Source of the DNA: Syntrophales bacterium
Lineage (GTDB): Bacteria > Desulfobacterota > Syntrophia > Syntrophales > UBA2210
Direction: 5' to 3'
NCBI GenBank assembly: GCA_963662405.2
Contig: CAXXKT010000001.1
Span: 2,400,001 to 2,464,000, forward strand
DNA: 64,000 bases
The notes beneath the pieces were generated by a model. The model had not been told where the DNA came from. It did not search any database and saw only the letters and a program-made list of their open reading frames with translations. How positions within the stretch are numbered: position 1 is the stretch's first letter; every line of letters begins with the position of its first letter. Made by a program: the position numbers and the translations under genes. Positions 51,423 to 62,809 of the stretch are shown here, one piece after another.

Positions 51423-52802
51423 CTACCGGGTCTTCGCGGTAAAGAAGGCGGTCTCTTTTTTGACGGCATCCTGTATATCGCTCAGGATATCAGGTTGTTT
51501 CATGATAATCCGCTCCCACGAAACGGTTTGCGGGATCTCGAATATCCGGGTCTTGCTGTGCTCTTCATAGGCGATAAGGTCGTCGATCAGACCGGCTCCC
51601 CTATACCTTTCAAACCGCTTATCACTGGCGAGGAGATGGAGGAGATTATCGCTGACGAGATGAAGGGGTGAGGTGATGGATTCACCGGCGGCCAGGATGG
51701 CATCTCGGAACACCCCTTTAACCATCGCCTCCTCCGCGTCCCGGTCGTAGTCGAGATTGGAAAATGAGGCATTGTCGGAGTATTTCTTGATCAGTTCATC
51801 GGCCATGTTCAGGTAGGTTGCCGTGATGTCACGGACGAAGTAATTGGATATCTCGAACCCCTCCTCGACGACCAGTGTCCAGAGCAGCGTGGTCACGATG
51901 TCCGTCGCCATCTTATAGAGCCCCGATTGCGGGTCAGCCTCCGAGAGGGGCTGATGCTTGTGCTCGAACGGCCCGGGGGAGAACTGGACCTGCGCAATGT
52001 TGTTCGCCTTCCGGTAGGCCTCAATCAGTGTGAAGAGCTCGACCCCCCAGTTGGTGGCGAAATGCATCCGCTTCAGGAGATTGATCTCAAAGGCCACCTC
52101 TCCGGAGAGCTGATAGTTGAATGCCGTCAGGTAATCGACGAGGTTGATGAATTTTTCATCCTCCGACTCCCTGAATTTGAGCTTGAGGGCCAGGAGAAAC
52201 GGATCGAGGAGGAGACGCTTTATCCTCCCGTACATCCGATTATCAGCGACTCTGATGTAGGATGCCTTGGAAAACTGGTAATTCAGGGCGACAACGGGGT
52301 AGAAGAGGCGATTGAGCTGGCGATAGTGAAAAGTCCTGATATCGGCGTCAATGACGCCGATATAGTTTGCCCCGATGGCCTGTGCCACACCGAAGGACAT
52401 GAACATGTTCCTGCCTTTTCCCGGTTGCCGGGAACCGGGGCTGAAACTGTCGATCTTTTTGTACAGTTCCTTGAATCGCTTCCCCTCGTTGTGCTGTATG
52501 ATGTGATTACGGATTCCCTGTTCCTTGAGGAGCAGGGCAAGCTCAATCGCCTCCTTGTCGGTAGCGGCGTCGAGCCCGAATATGATCTTCTTGAGATATG
52601 AAATCCTGCCGAGCTGTTTGAGGATATTGATAAAGACGGGGCGGTTCTCCTCCGCCGTGAATTCTGTTGCAAGGGTCGGAATAACCAGGACCGCCTTATA
52701 TCCCCGGAGGGCCGATCGTATCTTGGGGGCAAGGTTCTGGTTATCTTTGTCGAAGAGGTATAAGGTTGTGATGTTTCTGCATTTCTGAGAAAAATTAATC
52801 AT
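51423..52802 (-). CDS. Glucosyl-3-phosphoglycerate synthase (GpgS)-like glycosyltransferase
   Basis: GKGRN, DADI, YGRIKRLL, LSGE, WGVE, EHKHQPLS....SGLYKMATDI. Confidence 0.75.
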   Translation of the reverse strand: MINFSQKCRNITTLYLFDKDNQNLAPKIRSALRGYKAVLVIPTLATEFTAEENRPVFINILKQLGRISYLKKIIFGLDAATDKEAIELALLLKEQGIRNHIIQHNEGKRFKELYKKIDSFSPGSRQPGKGRNMFMSFGVAQAIGANYIGVIDADIRTFHYRQLNRLFYPVVALNYQFSKASYIRVADNRMYGRIKRLLLDPFLLALKLKFRESEDEKFINLVDYLTAFNYQLSGEVAFEINLLKRMHFATNWGVELFTLIEAYRKANNIAQVQFSPGPFEHKHQPLSEADPQSGLYKMATDIVTTLLWTLVVEEGFEISNYFVRDITATYLNMADELIKKYSDNASFSNLDYDRDAEEAMVKGVFRDAILAAGESITSPLHLVSDNLLHLLASDKRFERYRGAGLIDDLIAYEEHSKTRIFEIPQTVSWERIIMKQPDILSDIQDAVKKETAFFTAKTR

Positions 52803-53143
52803 ATCTTTTCCTCCTGAAATCAGAGTCTGCCATAAGATAAACGGTGAGAGAGAATGCCTGCTTCCGGACGGCAGCGTGGATTTACGGCGTGATGGTAAAA
52901 TCGGTGGCCATCACGATTTAAACAACAAACCTCTTCTTCAGGTAACAGATTTTCTTACAAAAAACAAGATTTCTTTCGTTCCTTCCGCGATCGTCCATGA
53001 GCCCGATGACGTGGAGGATAAAGGGGTTGACAGCCCCGCGAGATAAGAATATGTTTGCGCCTGCGTTGCGGAGTGCTTTCTGCCTGAGATGATCTTATAC
53101 CAGAAATACCATCCGATTTCTGATTAACAAAAACGAAATTTAT

Positions 53144-53156
53144 GTTCGTAACGAAC
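53144..53156. promoter_or_regulatory. Palindrome GTTCGTAACGAAC upstream of acyl-CoA synthetase
   Basis: Identical to 21091-21103; just upstream of the RBS. Confidence 0.5.
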
Positions 53157-53174
53157 TGCTATGAGAGGAGAGAT

Positions 53175-55270
53175 ATGAAGACATTTTTTCAACCGGATTC
53201 GATTGCCGTTATCGGTGCCAGTGATCGCGAAAGAAGCCTGGGTGGCCAACTTATAACGAACCTCCTGTATGGATATAAAGGGGACATCTATCCGGTAAAC
53301 GCTAAATATGAGGAGATTCAGGGGGTCAGATGCTTTCCATCACTCGAGGCTATTCCCGGTCCCGTTGATGTGGCCATTATTATCGTTCCGGCCCCCGCCG
53401 TACCCGAAGTGCTGGAGTCCTGCGGTCGTAAAGGGATCGTGCGTGTCATGATTCAAAGTGCCGGTTTCTCCGAGGTCGGTGATGAAGGACGGGTGTTTCA
53501 AGAGCGATGCACGGCAATTGCGAAGCGGGAGGGTATCCGAGTCTGGGGTCCCAACTGCATGGGATTAGTTGATATTCCCCGGAAACATTGCTTTTCTATC
53601 ATGCATCCCCGTGTTTACGCCGACGGCCTGATCCCGGGAAGGATTTCACTGATCGTTCAGAGCGGGATGCTCTCGGCCGGGTTTCTGACGGATTTGATGA
53701 GCGAACGAGCCATCGGTGTGGGGAAGGCCTGTTCCATCGGCAACAAATCAGATGTGGATGAGTGCGACATACTCGAGTATCTCATCGGCGATCCCGAGAC
53801 CGATGCAATCGCCCTGTATCTGGAATCGATTCCTCGGGGGCGGCGGTTGATGGAGATCATCTCCCGGTCTTCCAAACCGATCGTTATCCTGAAGGGAGGG
53901 AAGAGTTCCGCCGGGGCACGGGCCGCGATCAGTCACACCTCCAGTCTGGCGGGAAATGCCCGGCTTCAGGATAGTGTTCTTGCCCTGGCCGGGGTGACGA
54001 TTGCGCACGATTTTCAGCAGATGATGGAAATGGCGCGGGCCTTGGCTATGATCCCCGATACCCCCTCTGATTGCCGTACCGCTATCCTGACCTTCAGCGG
54101 CGGTGCCGGAATCCTCTCCTGTGACCTCCTCGAAGAAGAGGGTCTGCAGATAGCCCGGTTCTCTCCTGAAACAGGCAAAGAGCTGGCCGGGATCTTCCCC
54201 GATTGGCTCCCCCCCGCGAATCCCGTCGATCTTTTCCCCACCTTCAGCATCCAAGGGCAGCAGGCGGCATTTGCCGACTCCTTCGCGGCGGTTGTCAAGG
54301 ATCCCCAGGTGGACGTCATATTCATGCACTATTTTGCCGGGCTCCATGGGAACTTTCAGGGGATGCGGGAGATGAAAGAGATCGCCGACAGGGAAGGGAA
54401 GGCGTTGCTCATGTGGGTTATCGGGCGACGTGAAGGGGTGCGAACGTTCCGGGAGGAGGCTCAGAAGTGCGGGATTCCCCTGCACAGTGAGTTGTCACGG
54501 GCCGTCGAATGTCTCGCGCCGCATCGCGATACCAACGTCGGGAACAGAGGCCTGTGCGCGAGACGGGGAACGCACAAGCGAGTTTCCCCGAGGTTTCAGA
54601 TCTCTTGCGGGAGGGTGACGGCGCGGAGATATGGGACGAATACGCGAGTAAACGCCTCCTTGAAAGATGCGGTATCCCCGTGGTGGAAGAGCGAATCGTT
54701 TCCACGGTCGCCGAGGTGGAAGGCGCCGCAGCCGATTTGGGCTTCCCGGTTGTCATGAAGGGTCTCATCCCCGGCCAGGTGCACAAGACCGAGTCTGGCC
54801 TCGTTCGTCTGGGTATCGCCACGCCGGAAGACCTCATGAACGCCTATGACGACCTGCAGCGCATTGTGGCGGCGGACCGCGGTCGTGTTGTGATCCAACG
54901 GCAGGTAAAGGCCGATTATGAACTAATTGCCGGTTTCCTGCGCGACGACCAATTTGGTCCTTGCATCATGTTCGGCCTGGGGGGTATCTTCTCGGAGATC
55001 GAACAGGATGTCGCCTTTGCCCTGGCTCCTCTCCACAGAGAGGATGCAATCGGCCTTGTCCGGCGAATCCGGGGCAGGAAGTTGTTCGGTGGGTTCCGGG
55101 GGATGAAACCGCTTCAGGAGGATCTGATGGCCGATATCCTCGTCAGGCTGGGTGATCTCGGTGCTTCCAGCGAGCGAATCGAACAGATCGATATCAACCC
55201 CCTCGTGGTGTCCCGTGGTATCCCCACGGCGGTTGACGCCACGACCGTTGTCGCAGAAGATAAAGGGTGA
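53175..55270 (+). CDS. Acetate/acyl-CoA ligase (ADP-forming), fused alpha-beta, frameshift near 54516-54520
   Basis: SIAVIGAS, GPNCMG, SHTSSLAG, NPVD; ATP-grasp HKTE, DDQFGP..MFGLGGIF, DINPL in the second frame. Confidence 0.88.
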
Positions 55271-55373
55271 TACCCGTTTTCGGGAGGCGTCGTGATGAGA
55301 GGAGCCCGGTATGTCGATACAACCGGCATTCGGGACCAGTAAGACGGTACGGGGCCCTTATCGGAGGAGATTC

Positions 55374-56603
55374 ATGCCGGTGAAAATCTTTTATGGATGG
55401 TGGATTGTCGCCGCCTGCTTTTTCATAGCCTTCTATGTGAGCAGTGTGATCTTTTACGGTTTTACCGTTTTCTTCGAACCGCTCGTCAGGGAGTTCGGGT
55501 GGAGCTACACTCAGGTCTCCTTTGCGTCGAGCCTTCGGGGTCTCGAAATGGGGATACTTGCCCCGTTGATCGGTATGCTTGTCGATCGATTCGGCTCCCG
55601 AAAACTGCTCCTCGCCGGAACCGTCACCGTGGGGATCGGGTTACTCCTGATGAGCACCACGAAATCACTCCTCATGTTTTACGTTGCCATGGTGCTTATT
55701 GCCTTTGGGGGTGGGGGGTGCACCAGTGTGGTCACCATGACCGCCATCGCGCAGTGGTTCAAAAAGAATATCGGCAAGGCCCTTGGCATCATGTCGGCGG
55801 GATTTGGGGCCAGCGGGTTGATGCTTCCTCTGATCGTCTGGCTTGTCGATGCGTACGGCTGGAGGACGGCCCTCGTCATCCTGGGGGTGGGCATGTGGAT
55901 CGTCGGCATTCCGCTGACGCTTGTCGTCAGGGATTCACCGGAACCGTACGGATATCTTCCGGATGGCGTGTCATCCGATGATACGTCTCTTCCCCCCACT
56001 CCCCGGGAACGATCACGGGTACGGATATGGGATGCCTTGAGAGAGAAGACTCTCATGTATCTCAATCTGGCGGAAGGATTGCGGTTTATGGTCCTTGCCT
56101 CGGTCGTCATCCACATTATGCCTCACCTGAGCACTCTGGGCATCCCACGTCCGACTGCCGGCGTGATCGCCGCGGCGATTCCGCTGGTCAGTATCGCCGG
56201 ACGCTTCGCCTTTGGATGGCTGGGGGATTTGTTCGATAAGCGGTATGTCATGTCGCTGGCCTTCTCCTTCATGGCAGTCGGGGTTGTTTCCCTGAACTAT
56301 ATAGATGCTCTGCTGGGACTTACTCTTTTCTTCCTCTTGTTTCCGGCCGGATTCGGTGGCCTCTCCGTCCTGCGCGGTACGGTCCTTCGGGAGTATTATG
56401 ACGCGTACACCTTCGGCACGAGGATGGGCATCATGATGGGATTCGCCGCCGTGGGCGGGATCATCGGTCCCACACTGACCGGCTGGGCCTTTGATATGTT
56501 CGGAAATTACAGGCTCGTGTGGTTCTGCTTTTCCGCTTTTCTCCTGCTGCCGGTTGTATTAGTGCTGAACATCCGGACGCACGTCTCCGTGGGCGGAGAG
56601 TGA
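55374..56603 (+). CDS. MFS transporter
   Basis: FYGWWIV, G.LVDRFGSRK, GWLGDLFDKR; about 12 TM segments. Confidence 0.92.
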   Translation: MPVKIFYGWWIVAACFFIAFYVSSVIFYGFTVFFEPLVREFGWSYTQVSFASSLRGLEMGILAPLIGMLVDRFGSRKLLLAGTVTVGIGLLLMSTTKSLLMFYVAMVLIAFGGGGCTSVVTMTAIAQWFKKNIGKALGIMSAGFGASGLMLPLIVWLVDAYGWRTALVILGVGMWIVGIPLTLVVRDSPEPYGYLPDGVSSDDTSLPPTPRERSRVRIWDALREKTLMYLNLAEGLRFMVLASVVIHIMPHLSTLGIPRPTAGVIAAAIPLVSIAGRFAFGWLGDLFDKRYVMSLAFSFMAVGVVSLNYIDALLGLTLFFLLFPAGFGGLSVLRGTVLREYYDAYTFGTRMGIMMGFAAVGGIIGPTLTGWAFDMFGNYRLVWFCFSAFLLLPVVLVLNIRTHVSVGGE

Positions 56604-56719
56604 TGTCCTGCGGGCATGAGGTTTCGCCTGCCCTTCCCGATCCGATATTCAGGATGTTGAGACAATCCTTTGGTGCGAGATAGAGCTGTACATGCTGGTG
56701 AAGACTATGTGCCGCTCGG

Positions 56720-56860
56720 CGCTGGGAAAAGATTTCTTGCAGCCCAAAACCGATACCGACGGACACGGCAGAAACCAAGAGGGTGGCCTTTGCAAGGTCC
56801 AGGCCGAGCCCGAAGAGTATGACAGGAGAAACGGCAAGGATAACGAGCCATTTCGACAAC
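56720..56860 (-). pseudogene. MscS mechanosensitive channel fragment
   Basis: ...LFGLGLDLAKATLLVSAVSVGIGFGLQEIFS, after which similarity stops. Confidence 0.55.
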
Positions 56861-57042
56861 ATATTGAAGCTATGCCAAGAACCCCTTAAATTCAAGAACA
56901 AGTTGTTTTCCGGGGGGGCTTTGGGGCTCGGCCTGAATATCGCGCTTTTTGTGTGAAGACGAAGTATTTGATTCGTTAGTTGACACACCGGGGAGGTTGC
57001 CATACAATTCATCGCTGACTATGAGAGGCGTGAGAGTGTTCC

Positions 57043-57504
57043 ATGCGTCTGGATGTGTTGTATCCGGGGCGAAGGCGCTCTACCGGTGTCGATATCGTTG
57101 TCTATGACGACGACGGGACGGGAGGTCTTCCCGGGACGGAACTCTTCAGAAAGACCTTGACCTCCGTTCCGACGGGGTGGACCACCACGACGATCACGGG
57201 AGTGACCGTAACGAGCGGTGATTTCTATATCGCTGTGGAAAAGGATGACGCGAGTCAGTCGATCTATATCGACGATGACAGCAATCCCACGGGGAGAAGC
57301 TACTGGCACAACGGTTCCGCATGGGTGGTTTCCTCGTATACTGCGGCGATACGTGCCGAGGTAGTGAATGACGCAACCTTCGACCGGACTAACAATATTG
57401 TCGGCCTGACCCTGGCAAGCCCCGCCACGGGGGTGGCACTGCGACGACCGATGACAACGGCAATTACAGCCAGGAAGTTTCTGAAGGCTGGAGCGGAACG
57501 GTGA
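57043..57504 (+). CDS. Fragment of a secreted beta-sandwich protein (possible remnant)
   Basis: VVYDDDG.GGLPGTEL...GDFYIAV...GRSYW; no signal peptide. Confidence 0.4.
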   Translation: MRLDVLYPGRRRSTGVDIVVYDDDGTGGLPGTELFRKTLTSVPTGWTTTTITGVTVTSGDFYIAVEKDDASQSIYIDDDSNPTGRSYWHNGSAWVVSSYTAAIRAEVVNDATFDRTNNIVGLTLASPATGVALRRPMTTAITARKFLKAGAER

Positions 57505-57630
57505 CGCCCTCCATGGAGGGGTATGAGTTCTGGCCTGCCCCCCGGAACTACGATAATGTTACAGAGCCGGTTACTGGTCAGAACTTTGTCGGGTTTTAAG
57601 TTCTGCCCGGGATCGTAGATCGTTCATCGT

Positions 57631-58791
57631 ATGATTTTCCACATAGACATGGATGCCTTTTACGCGTCGGTCGAGGTGCTGGATAACCCGGACCTCAGGG
57701 GCCGGTGCGTCATCGTGGGGGGACAGTCCGGGCGGGGAGTCGTCTCCGCCGCGAGCTACGAGGCGCGGCGGTTCGGGGTCCACTCCGCCATGCCGATGTT
57801 TCAGGCACGGAAACGATGCCCCGATGCGGTCTTCCTGTCTCCCCGGATTGCACGTTACCGCGAGGTCTCGGCCCGGATCATGGCCATCCTCCGTGCCTTT
57901 TCCCCCCTCGTCGAACCGATCTCCATTGACGAGGCCTTTGTCGATGTCACCGGCTGCGAGCGGCTTTTCGGCGGGGTCGACAAGATCGCCCGCCGCATCA
58001 AAGAGATGATCAGGGACGAGGTGGGCTTGACCTGCTCCCTGGGGGGTGCGCCGAACAAGTTCATGGCGAAGATAGCGTCCGATATGTATAAGCCGGACGG
58101 GCTGACCATTATTCCCCCGGATGCCGTCGACCGGTTCATCACATCGCTTCCCATCGAAAAGATTCCCGGTGTCGGGACCGCCACCCATGAGAAGCTCAGA
58201 CTCATGGGGGTGAAGACACTCGGTGACATCAGACGGTATCCCGAGGACACCCTGGTCAGGAAATTCGGAAAATTCGGTCATCGCCTTGCCGATTTTGCCC
58301 GTGGCATCGATCGATCGCCCGTGATCCCGGACGATGAGGTAAAATCGATCAGTGCCGAGGAGACGCTCCCCGCGGATACCGACGATCGGGATCTGATCGG
58401 GCGGTACATCCTGGGGCAGGCCGAGCGGGTCGCGCGGGAACTGCGAAAGGCGGGGGTCGGGGGACGGACCATCACGGTCAAGCTCAAGGACGCGGATTTC
58501 CGGCTGGTCACCCGGAGCGTGACGATCAGAGAGACCATCCAGTCCGCTGATATCATTATCAGAGAGGCCTTTCATCTCCTCGACCAGTACCAGATGACGA
58601 AGAAGATCAGGCTGATCGGCGTCGGTGTCTCCACCCTTGCGCCCCTCACGGAACCGGTCCAGATGGATCTCTTTCAACAGGATGATCGAAGGAAATCCCG
58701 GCGGCGGAAGCTGGATCAGGCGATCGACGAGATCACCGATCGATTCGGCGGGGGCGCCATCAAACGGGCCAGCCTCACGGAGCGAAAGTAG
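57631..58791 (+). CDS. dinB: DNA polymerase IV
   Basis: HIDMDAFYASVE, SYEARRFGVHSAMP, SIDEAF, KPDG. Confidence 0.96.
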   Translation: MIFHIDMDAFYASVEVLDNPDLRGRCVIVGGQSGRGVVSAASYEARRFGVHSAMPMFQARKRCPDAVFLSPRIARYREVSARIMAILRAFSPLVEPISIDEAFVDVTGCERLFGGVDKIARRIKEMIRDEVGLTCSLGGAPNKFMAKIASDMYKPDGLTIIPPDAVDRFITSLPIEKIPGVGTATHEKLRLMGVKTLGDIRRYPEDTLVRKFGKFGHRLADFARGIDRSPVIPDDEVKSISAEETLPADTDDRDLIGRYILGQAERVARELRKAGVGGRTITVKLKDADFRLVTRSVTIRETIQSADIIIREAFHLLDQYQMTKKIRLIGVGVSTLAPLTEPVQMDLFQQDDRRKSRRRKLDQAIDEITDRFGGGAIKRASLTERK

Positions 58792-58893
58792 GCGCGGCCG
58801 CATTTCTCTGAAACGAACACCCCCGTGTGGTATAATTTCCCTATCCGGAAGCACAGATACGAGGAGGACCGTCACGAATTCAGGAGTTTTCCC

Positions 58894-59811
58894 ATGAATC
58901 GCAGAGACTTTCTCAAAAAGGCGTGTTTCGCCGGGATCGGCCTGTCGATTCCCGGTACCCTTCATTCCCTTGTTGGCAGTCTGTATGCGTCCGAATACGC
59001 CGATATCGGCGTCGCCCGTGCGATACATCCCGGAGAAAGAACGGCCGTCGCCGTCACGAAGGCTGCCATCGATGCGATCGGGGGAATCGAGCGATTTATA
59101 TCGAGGGGGGATATCGTCGTCAAACCGAATATCGGATGGGACGGAACGCCCGAACTGGCCTCGAACACGAATCTGGAGGTCGTGGGCAGCGTGGTGCAAC
59201 TCTGTTACGACGCGGGTGCCGGGAAGGTCAAGGTTTTTGACAATCCCTGCGTTGATCCTCGAAGAAGTTACAAACAGAGCGGTATCGCTGACGCCGCTTC
59301 GGCGGTCGGGGGGGAGGTCAGCTTCATGGACGAACGGAAATTCAAGAATGTGGCGATCGGTGGTCGTTTCCTGAAAAAATGGCGACTGTATACCGATGTC
59401 CTTGAGGCCGGCAAGGTCATCAATATCCCCATCGCAAAGGTCCACGGCTCCGCCACCCTAACCCTGGGGATGAAAAACTGGATGGGGATCATGGGGGGAT
59501 CCCGGTGGATGGTTCACCAGGATCTGGATCAGGGCATCGCCGATATCTCACGGTTCATGAAACCCGTGCTGGTCGTGCTGGATGCCATCCGAATCCTGAC
59601 GGCCCACGGGCCACAGGGCGGTGATCCCCGATATGTCAGAACGATGAACACGGTCATTGCGGGGACCGATCAGGTGGCCGTTGATGCCTATGGGGCGGAG
59701 GCGCTTTTCCATCTGAAGGGGAGCACGCTGTCGTATGTGCGCATCGGCCATGCGACCGGTCTCGGGACGATGGACCTGTCGCGGTTGGCTATCAGAGAGG
59801 TCGCTGTATGA
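58894..59811 (+). CDS. Tat-exported DUF362-family protein
   Basis: RRDFLK, VVKPNIGWD, INIPIAKVH...TLGMKN, DQVAVD. Confidence 0.85.
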   Translation: MNRRDFLKKACFAGIGLSIPGTLHSLVGSLYASEYADIGVARAIHPGERTAVAVTKAAIDAIGGIERFISRGDIVVKPNIGWDGTPELASNTNLEVVGSVVQLCYDAGAGKVKVFDNPCVDPRRSYKQSGIADAASAVGGEVSFMDERKFKNVAIGGRFLKKWRLYTDVLEAGKVINIPIAKVHGSATLTLGMKNWMGIMGGSRWMVHQDLDQGIADISRFMKPVLVVLDAIRILTAHGPQGGDPRYVRTMNTVIAGTDQVAVDAYGAEALFHLKGSTLSYVRIGHATGLGTMDLSRLAIREVAV

Positions 59812-59870
59812 TCGGTATCATTCTCTATCCTGCACCCACGACCCCGTGACGCGGGTCCTCATCGGGGGGT

Positions 59871-61432
59871 ATGAAGACACAGACTGTTCGCACCCTGAGA
59901 CGCCTTTCCCAGGCACTATTCCTGATCCTCTTTCTGTTCCTCTTTATCCGGACGGAATCGAAGGGCCTGGATGAACTGGGATACCCGGTCAGGATCTTCC
60001 TCGATTTCGATCCCCTCATTGCCCTCTCAACACTCCTCTCCGCCCACGCGCTTGTTACGGGATTTCTCTTTTCCGTGATCATGATCGTCCTGACCGCCCT
60101 TCTGGGGAGGGTCTTCTGCGGGTGGATCTGTCCCCTGGGGACGCTGCACGACGCGGTCGGGTCCTTCAACCGGAGGCGATCCGTGCCGATTCGCGCCAGC
60201 TGGCATACGCTGAAATACGCCATTCTCTTCTTTCTCCTCGCCTCCTCTCTTGTTACGGCCCAACTGGCCGGTATCATGGACCCGATCAGCCTTTTGATCC
60301 GCTCCCTGTCGCTCAGTGTCTATCCTCTCCTCAACTACGGTGCCCGGGCCTTTTTCGATACCCTCTACTCCCTGGATATCCCAGTGATTACCGACGGTCC
60401 CGAATGGATCTATGGTTTCCTCAAAAGGGGTGTACTTTCGTTCCAACAGCCGTATTTTCTCCAGGGGACCTTCATCGGTGTCCTGTTTGCTTCCATCGTG
60501 GGGATGAATCTCTTCGAGCGGCGGTTCTGGTGCCGGTATCTCTGTCCCCTCGGAGCGCTTCTCGGGATCTTCTCCCGCTTTGCCCCCCTGACACGGTCGG
60601 TGAGCAAGGGGTGTACCTCATGCGGCCTCTGCCGGAAGGTCTGCCCCAGCGGTGCCGTCATCGATAAAGACGGAAGGTGGAGAGGGTCCGAATGCCTGTA
60701 CTGCATGGATTGTGAGGATCTGTGCCCCGAAGGGGCGATTCGTTTCGGATGGAGAAAGGGCGGCGAGAAGGTCCCCATCGATCTTTCACGCCGGCACGTC
60801 TTTGCGTCTCTCATCGCGGGCGTTTCCATCGTTCCGCTCTTGCGCATCGTCCCCCAGCCCCGGAAGGGGTGGTTTCACCCCACCCTGATCAGACCCCGGG
60901 CGCCTTGGAGGAGGATGAATTTCTCCGGCGGTGTGTCCGGTGCGGGGAGTGCATGAAGGTCTGCATCACGAACGGTCTCCAGCCGACCCTCCTTGAGGCG
61001 GGGCTGGAGGGGATCTGGAGCCCCCGGCTCGTCCCGCAGATCGGCTACTGTGAGTTTCGCTGTACCCTCTGTGGTCAGGTATGCCCCACGGGGGCGATAA
61101 CGGAACTGACGGTTTCCGAAAAGGAGCGGGTGAAGATCGGCCTTGCGGTGATCGACCCGGAGCGGTGTCTCCCGTACGCCTACGACATCCCCTGTAGCGT
61201 GTGCGAAGAGATGTGTCCCACGCCGGAGAAGGCGATATGGCTGGAGGAGGTGAACATACAGTCTCTGGATAAAGGGGATTTCATCCTGAAAAGGCCAAAG
61301 GTGGATGTGGAGCGATGTGTCGGCTGCGGCATCTGCGAGGCCCGCTGCCCGGTCCGGTCCCGCCCCGCGATCTCTGTGATCAGTACAAATGAATCCCGGT
61401 CGGATGGCAACCGGTTCCTGGTCAATCCATGA
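59871..61432 (+). CDS. Membrane polyferredoxin (NapH/MauN plus MauM-like), frameshift at C4 run 60894-60897
   Basis: GRVFCGWICPLG, RFWCRYLCPLG; adding one C restores IRPPGALEEDEFLRRCVRCGECMKVC. Confidence 0.85.
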
Positions 61433-61462
61433 TGATTGGGATGCCCGGCCGGAAAGGAACGG

Positions 61463-61732
61463 TCATCGATCCCCCTCGATATCCCGCAGACGGGGGTCAT
61501 TGTTCGTGAGAATGGTACAGGATTGCATGGTCTCGTCAAAGACGATCACTGCCCTGCCTGTTGCAAGCTGTCTTTTGACCTGTTCGATCTTCCGTTCGAA
61601 GGGGGCATCCGTTGTCCCGTAATCGGTCCCCTCCCGGGTGACGAACTCTTCGATTACCGCCTCCAGGATCTCAGGGGATAACCGATCATACGGCACCCGC
61701 ACACCCCCCGTATTGTCTCGCGCTTGATTCAT
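61463..61732 (-). CDS. YheU/UPF0270-family protein
   Basis: LSPEILEAVIEEFVTREGTDYG. Confidence 0.85.
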   Translation of the reverse strand: MNQARDNTGGVRVPYDRLSPEILEAVIEEFVTREGTDYGTTDAPFERKIEQVKRQLATGRAVIVFDETMQSCTILTNNDPRLRDIEGDR

Positions 61733-61803
61733 GAAATCCGATCGTGTGTGTCACCGGCGAATGAGCGTTTAACCCATGCGCGCCGTGATATTCCCGCTTA
61801 CGG

Positions 61804-62529
61804 CTACCCTTCGGCAGGAACCGCTTTCGGTGCGGACTCCGGGGTCGTGAACTGTTTCATCACCCACCCGAAGTCTCCGGTCGGCAGCTTGACAAACAGC
61901 CACTCGGGCGCCGTCCCGTGGATCTCCAGGGTCGTTCCCTGGGGCACCTGGAAGGTGATGGCGTTGTTCGTGCCGGGGCCCGATCGCACATTCAGCATGG
62001 GCGGTAGCACCGCGACCTCGTCGACTGCCGGTGTGGCGGACTGGTAGTCAACGGGCGGTTTTGAGGATGCCTCATAGGGGGGATCAACGACGATATATCC
62101 CCGGGGGACCCTCTTATAGTATGCATCACCGTAGTAGAAGTACTGGACGCCGTTGGACCAGAATGAGACATGTCCGGCGGGCAGCTCCACGACAACTCCC
62201 CCAAGGGGTGGTGGTGCCACGACGTACCGGTTTTCGATGTGCCGGTAGTATCTCCCCTGATGATAGTAATATTGAAGTCCCGCGATGGTCAGCAGGGTGA
62301 AGCCCAAGGGGAGGAGGGGACTGATGCGATGCTGGCGATACCGTATGACAGGACGCGGATGATGACGTACGGGGGGAGGTTTCGGGTGGTGGTGACGCAC
62401 AACGGGGCGCGGCGGATGCTTTCTCGGAGCGGCCCAGGCAAGTGTGTCAGGCATGAGGACAGTACAGGCAAAGAGGGCCGCGAGGCCGGCCGCAGAAAAG
62501 CTCCGTATATATTGACCTGTTGTTTTCAT
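61804..62529 (-). CDS. Secreted His/Pro-rich protein with C-terminal SH3b domain
   Basis: Signal peptide; YYY..G.YY repeats; LNVRSGPGT...GWV. Confidence 0.75.
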   Translation of the reverse strand: MKTTGQYIRSFSAAGLAALFACTVLMPDTLAWAAPRKHPPRPVVRHHHPKPPPVRHHPRPVIRYRQHRISPLLPLGFTLLTIAGLQYYYHQGRYYRHIENRYVVAPPPLGGVVVELPAGHVSFWSNGVQYFYYGDAYYKRVPRGYIVVDPPYEASSKPPVDYQSATPAVDEVAVLPPMLNVRSGPGTNNAITFQVPQGTTLEIHGTAPEWLFVKLPTGDFGWVMKQFTTPESAPKAVPAEG

Positions 62530-62809
62530 TGTTCCATACCCCCTTTTGTCGATGATATCTGTATAGTCGTTCGCGCGCGGTGAAAAGTTACAGGGTACCC
62601 CGGCTCATCCCACGGCTATCACTTTTTTTGTAATCTATCACTGAGCAACCTATTTATCAACGGATCATTCGAGACTGCGCACAAGAAACCCCTTTCACGT
62701 GTCTCCCCATTTCCCTTTGTGAGCGATCTCATCTGATGGCGAAATAGGGATTGCGACAATGGTGAGGAAGGTGTAATATTTCAATTTAATAAGGTAAAAA
62801 GGGGGGGGT

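Noticed and set aside
57571..59445. 624-aa minus-strand ORF (also 36457-37713, 10290-11348 and similar)
   Set aside because: Antisense shadows of well-supported genes in GC-rich DNA, with no recognisable motifs
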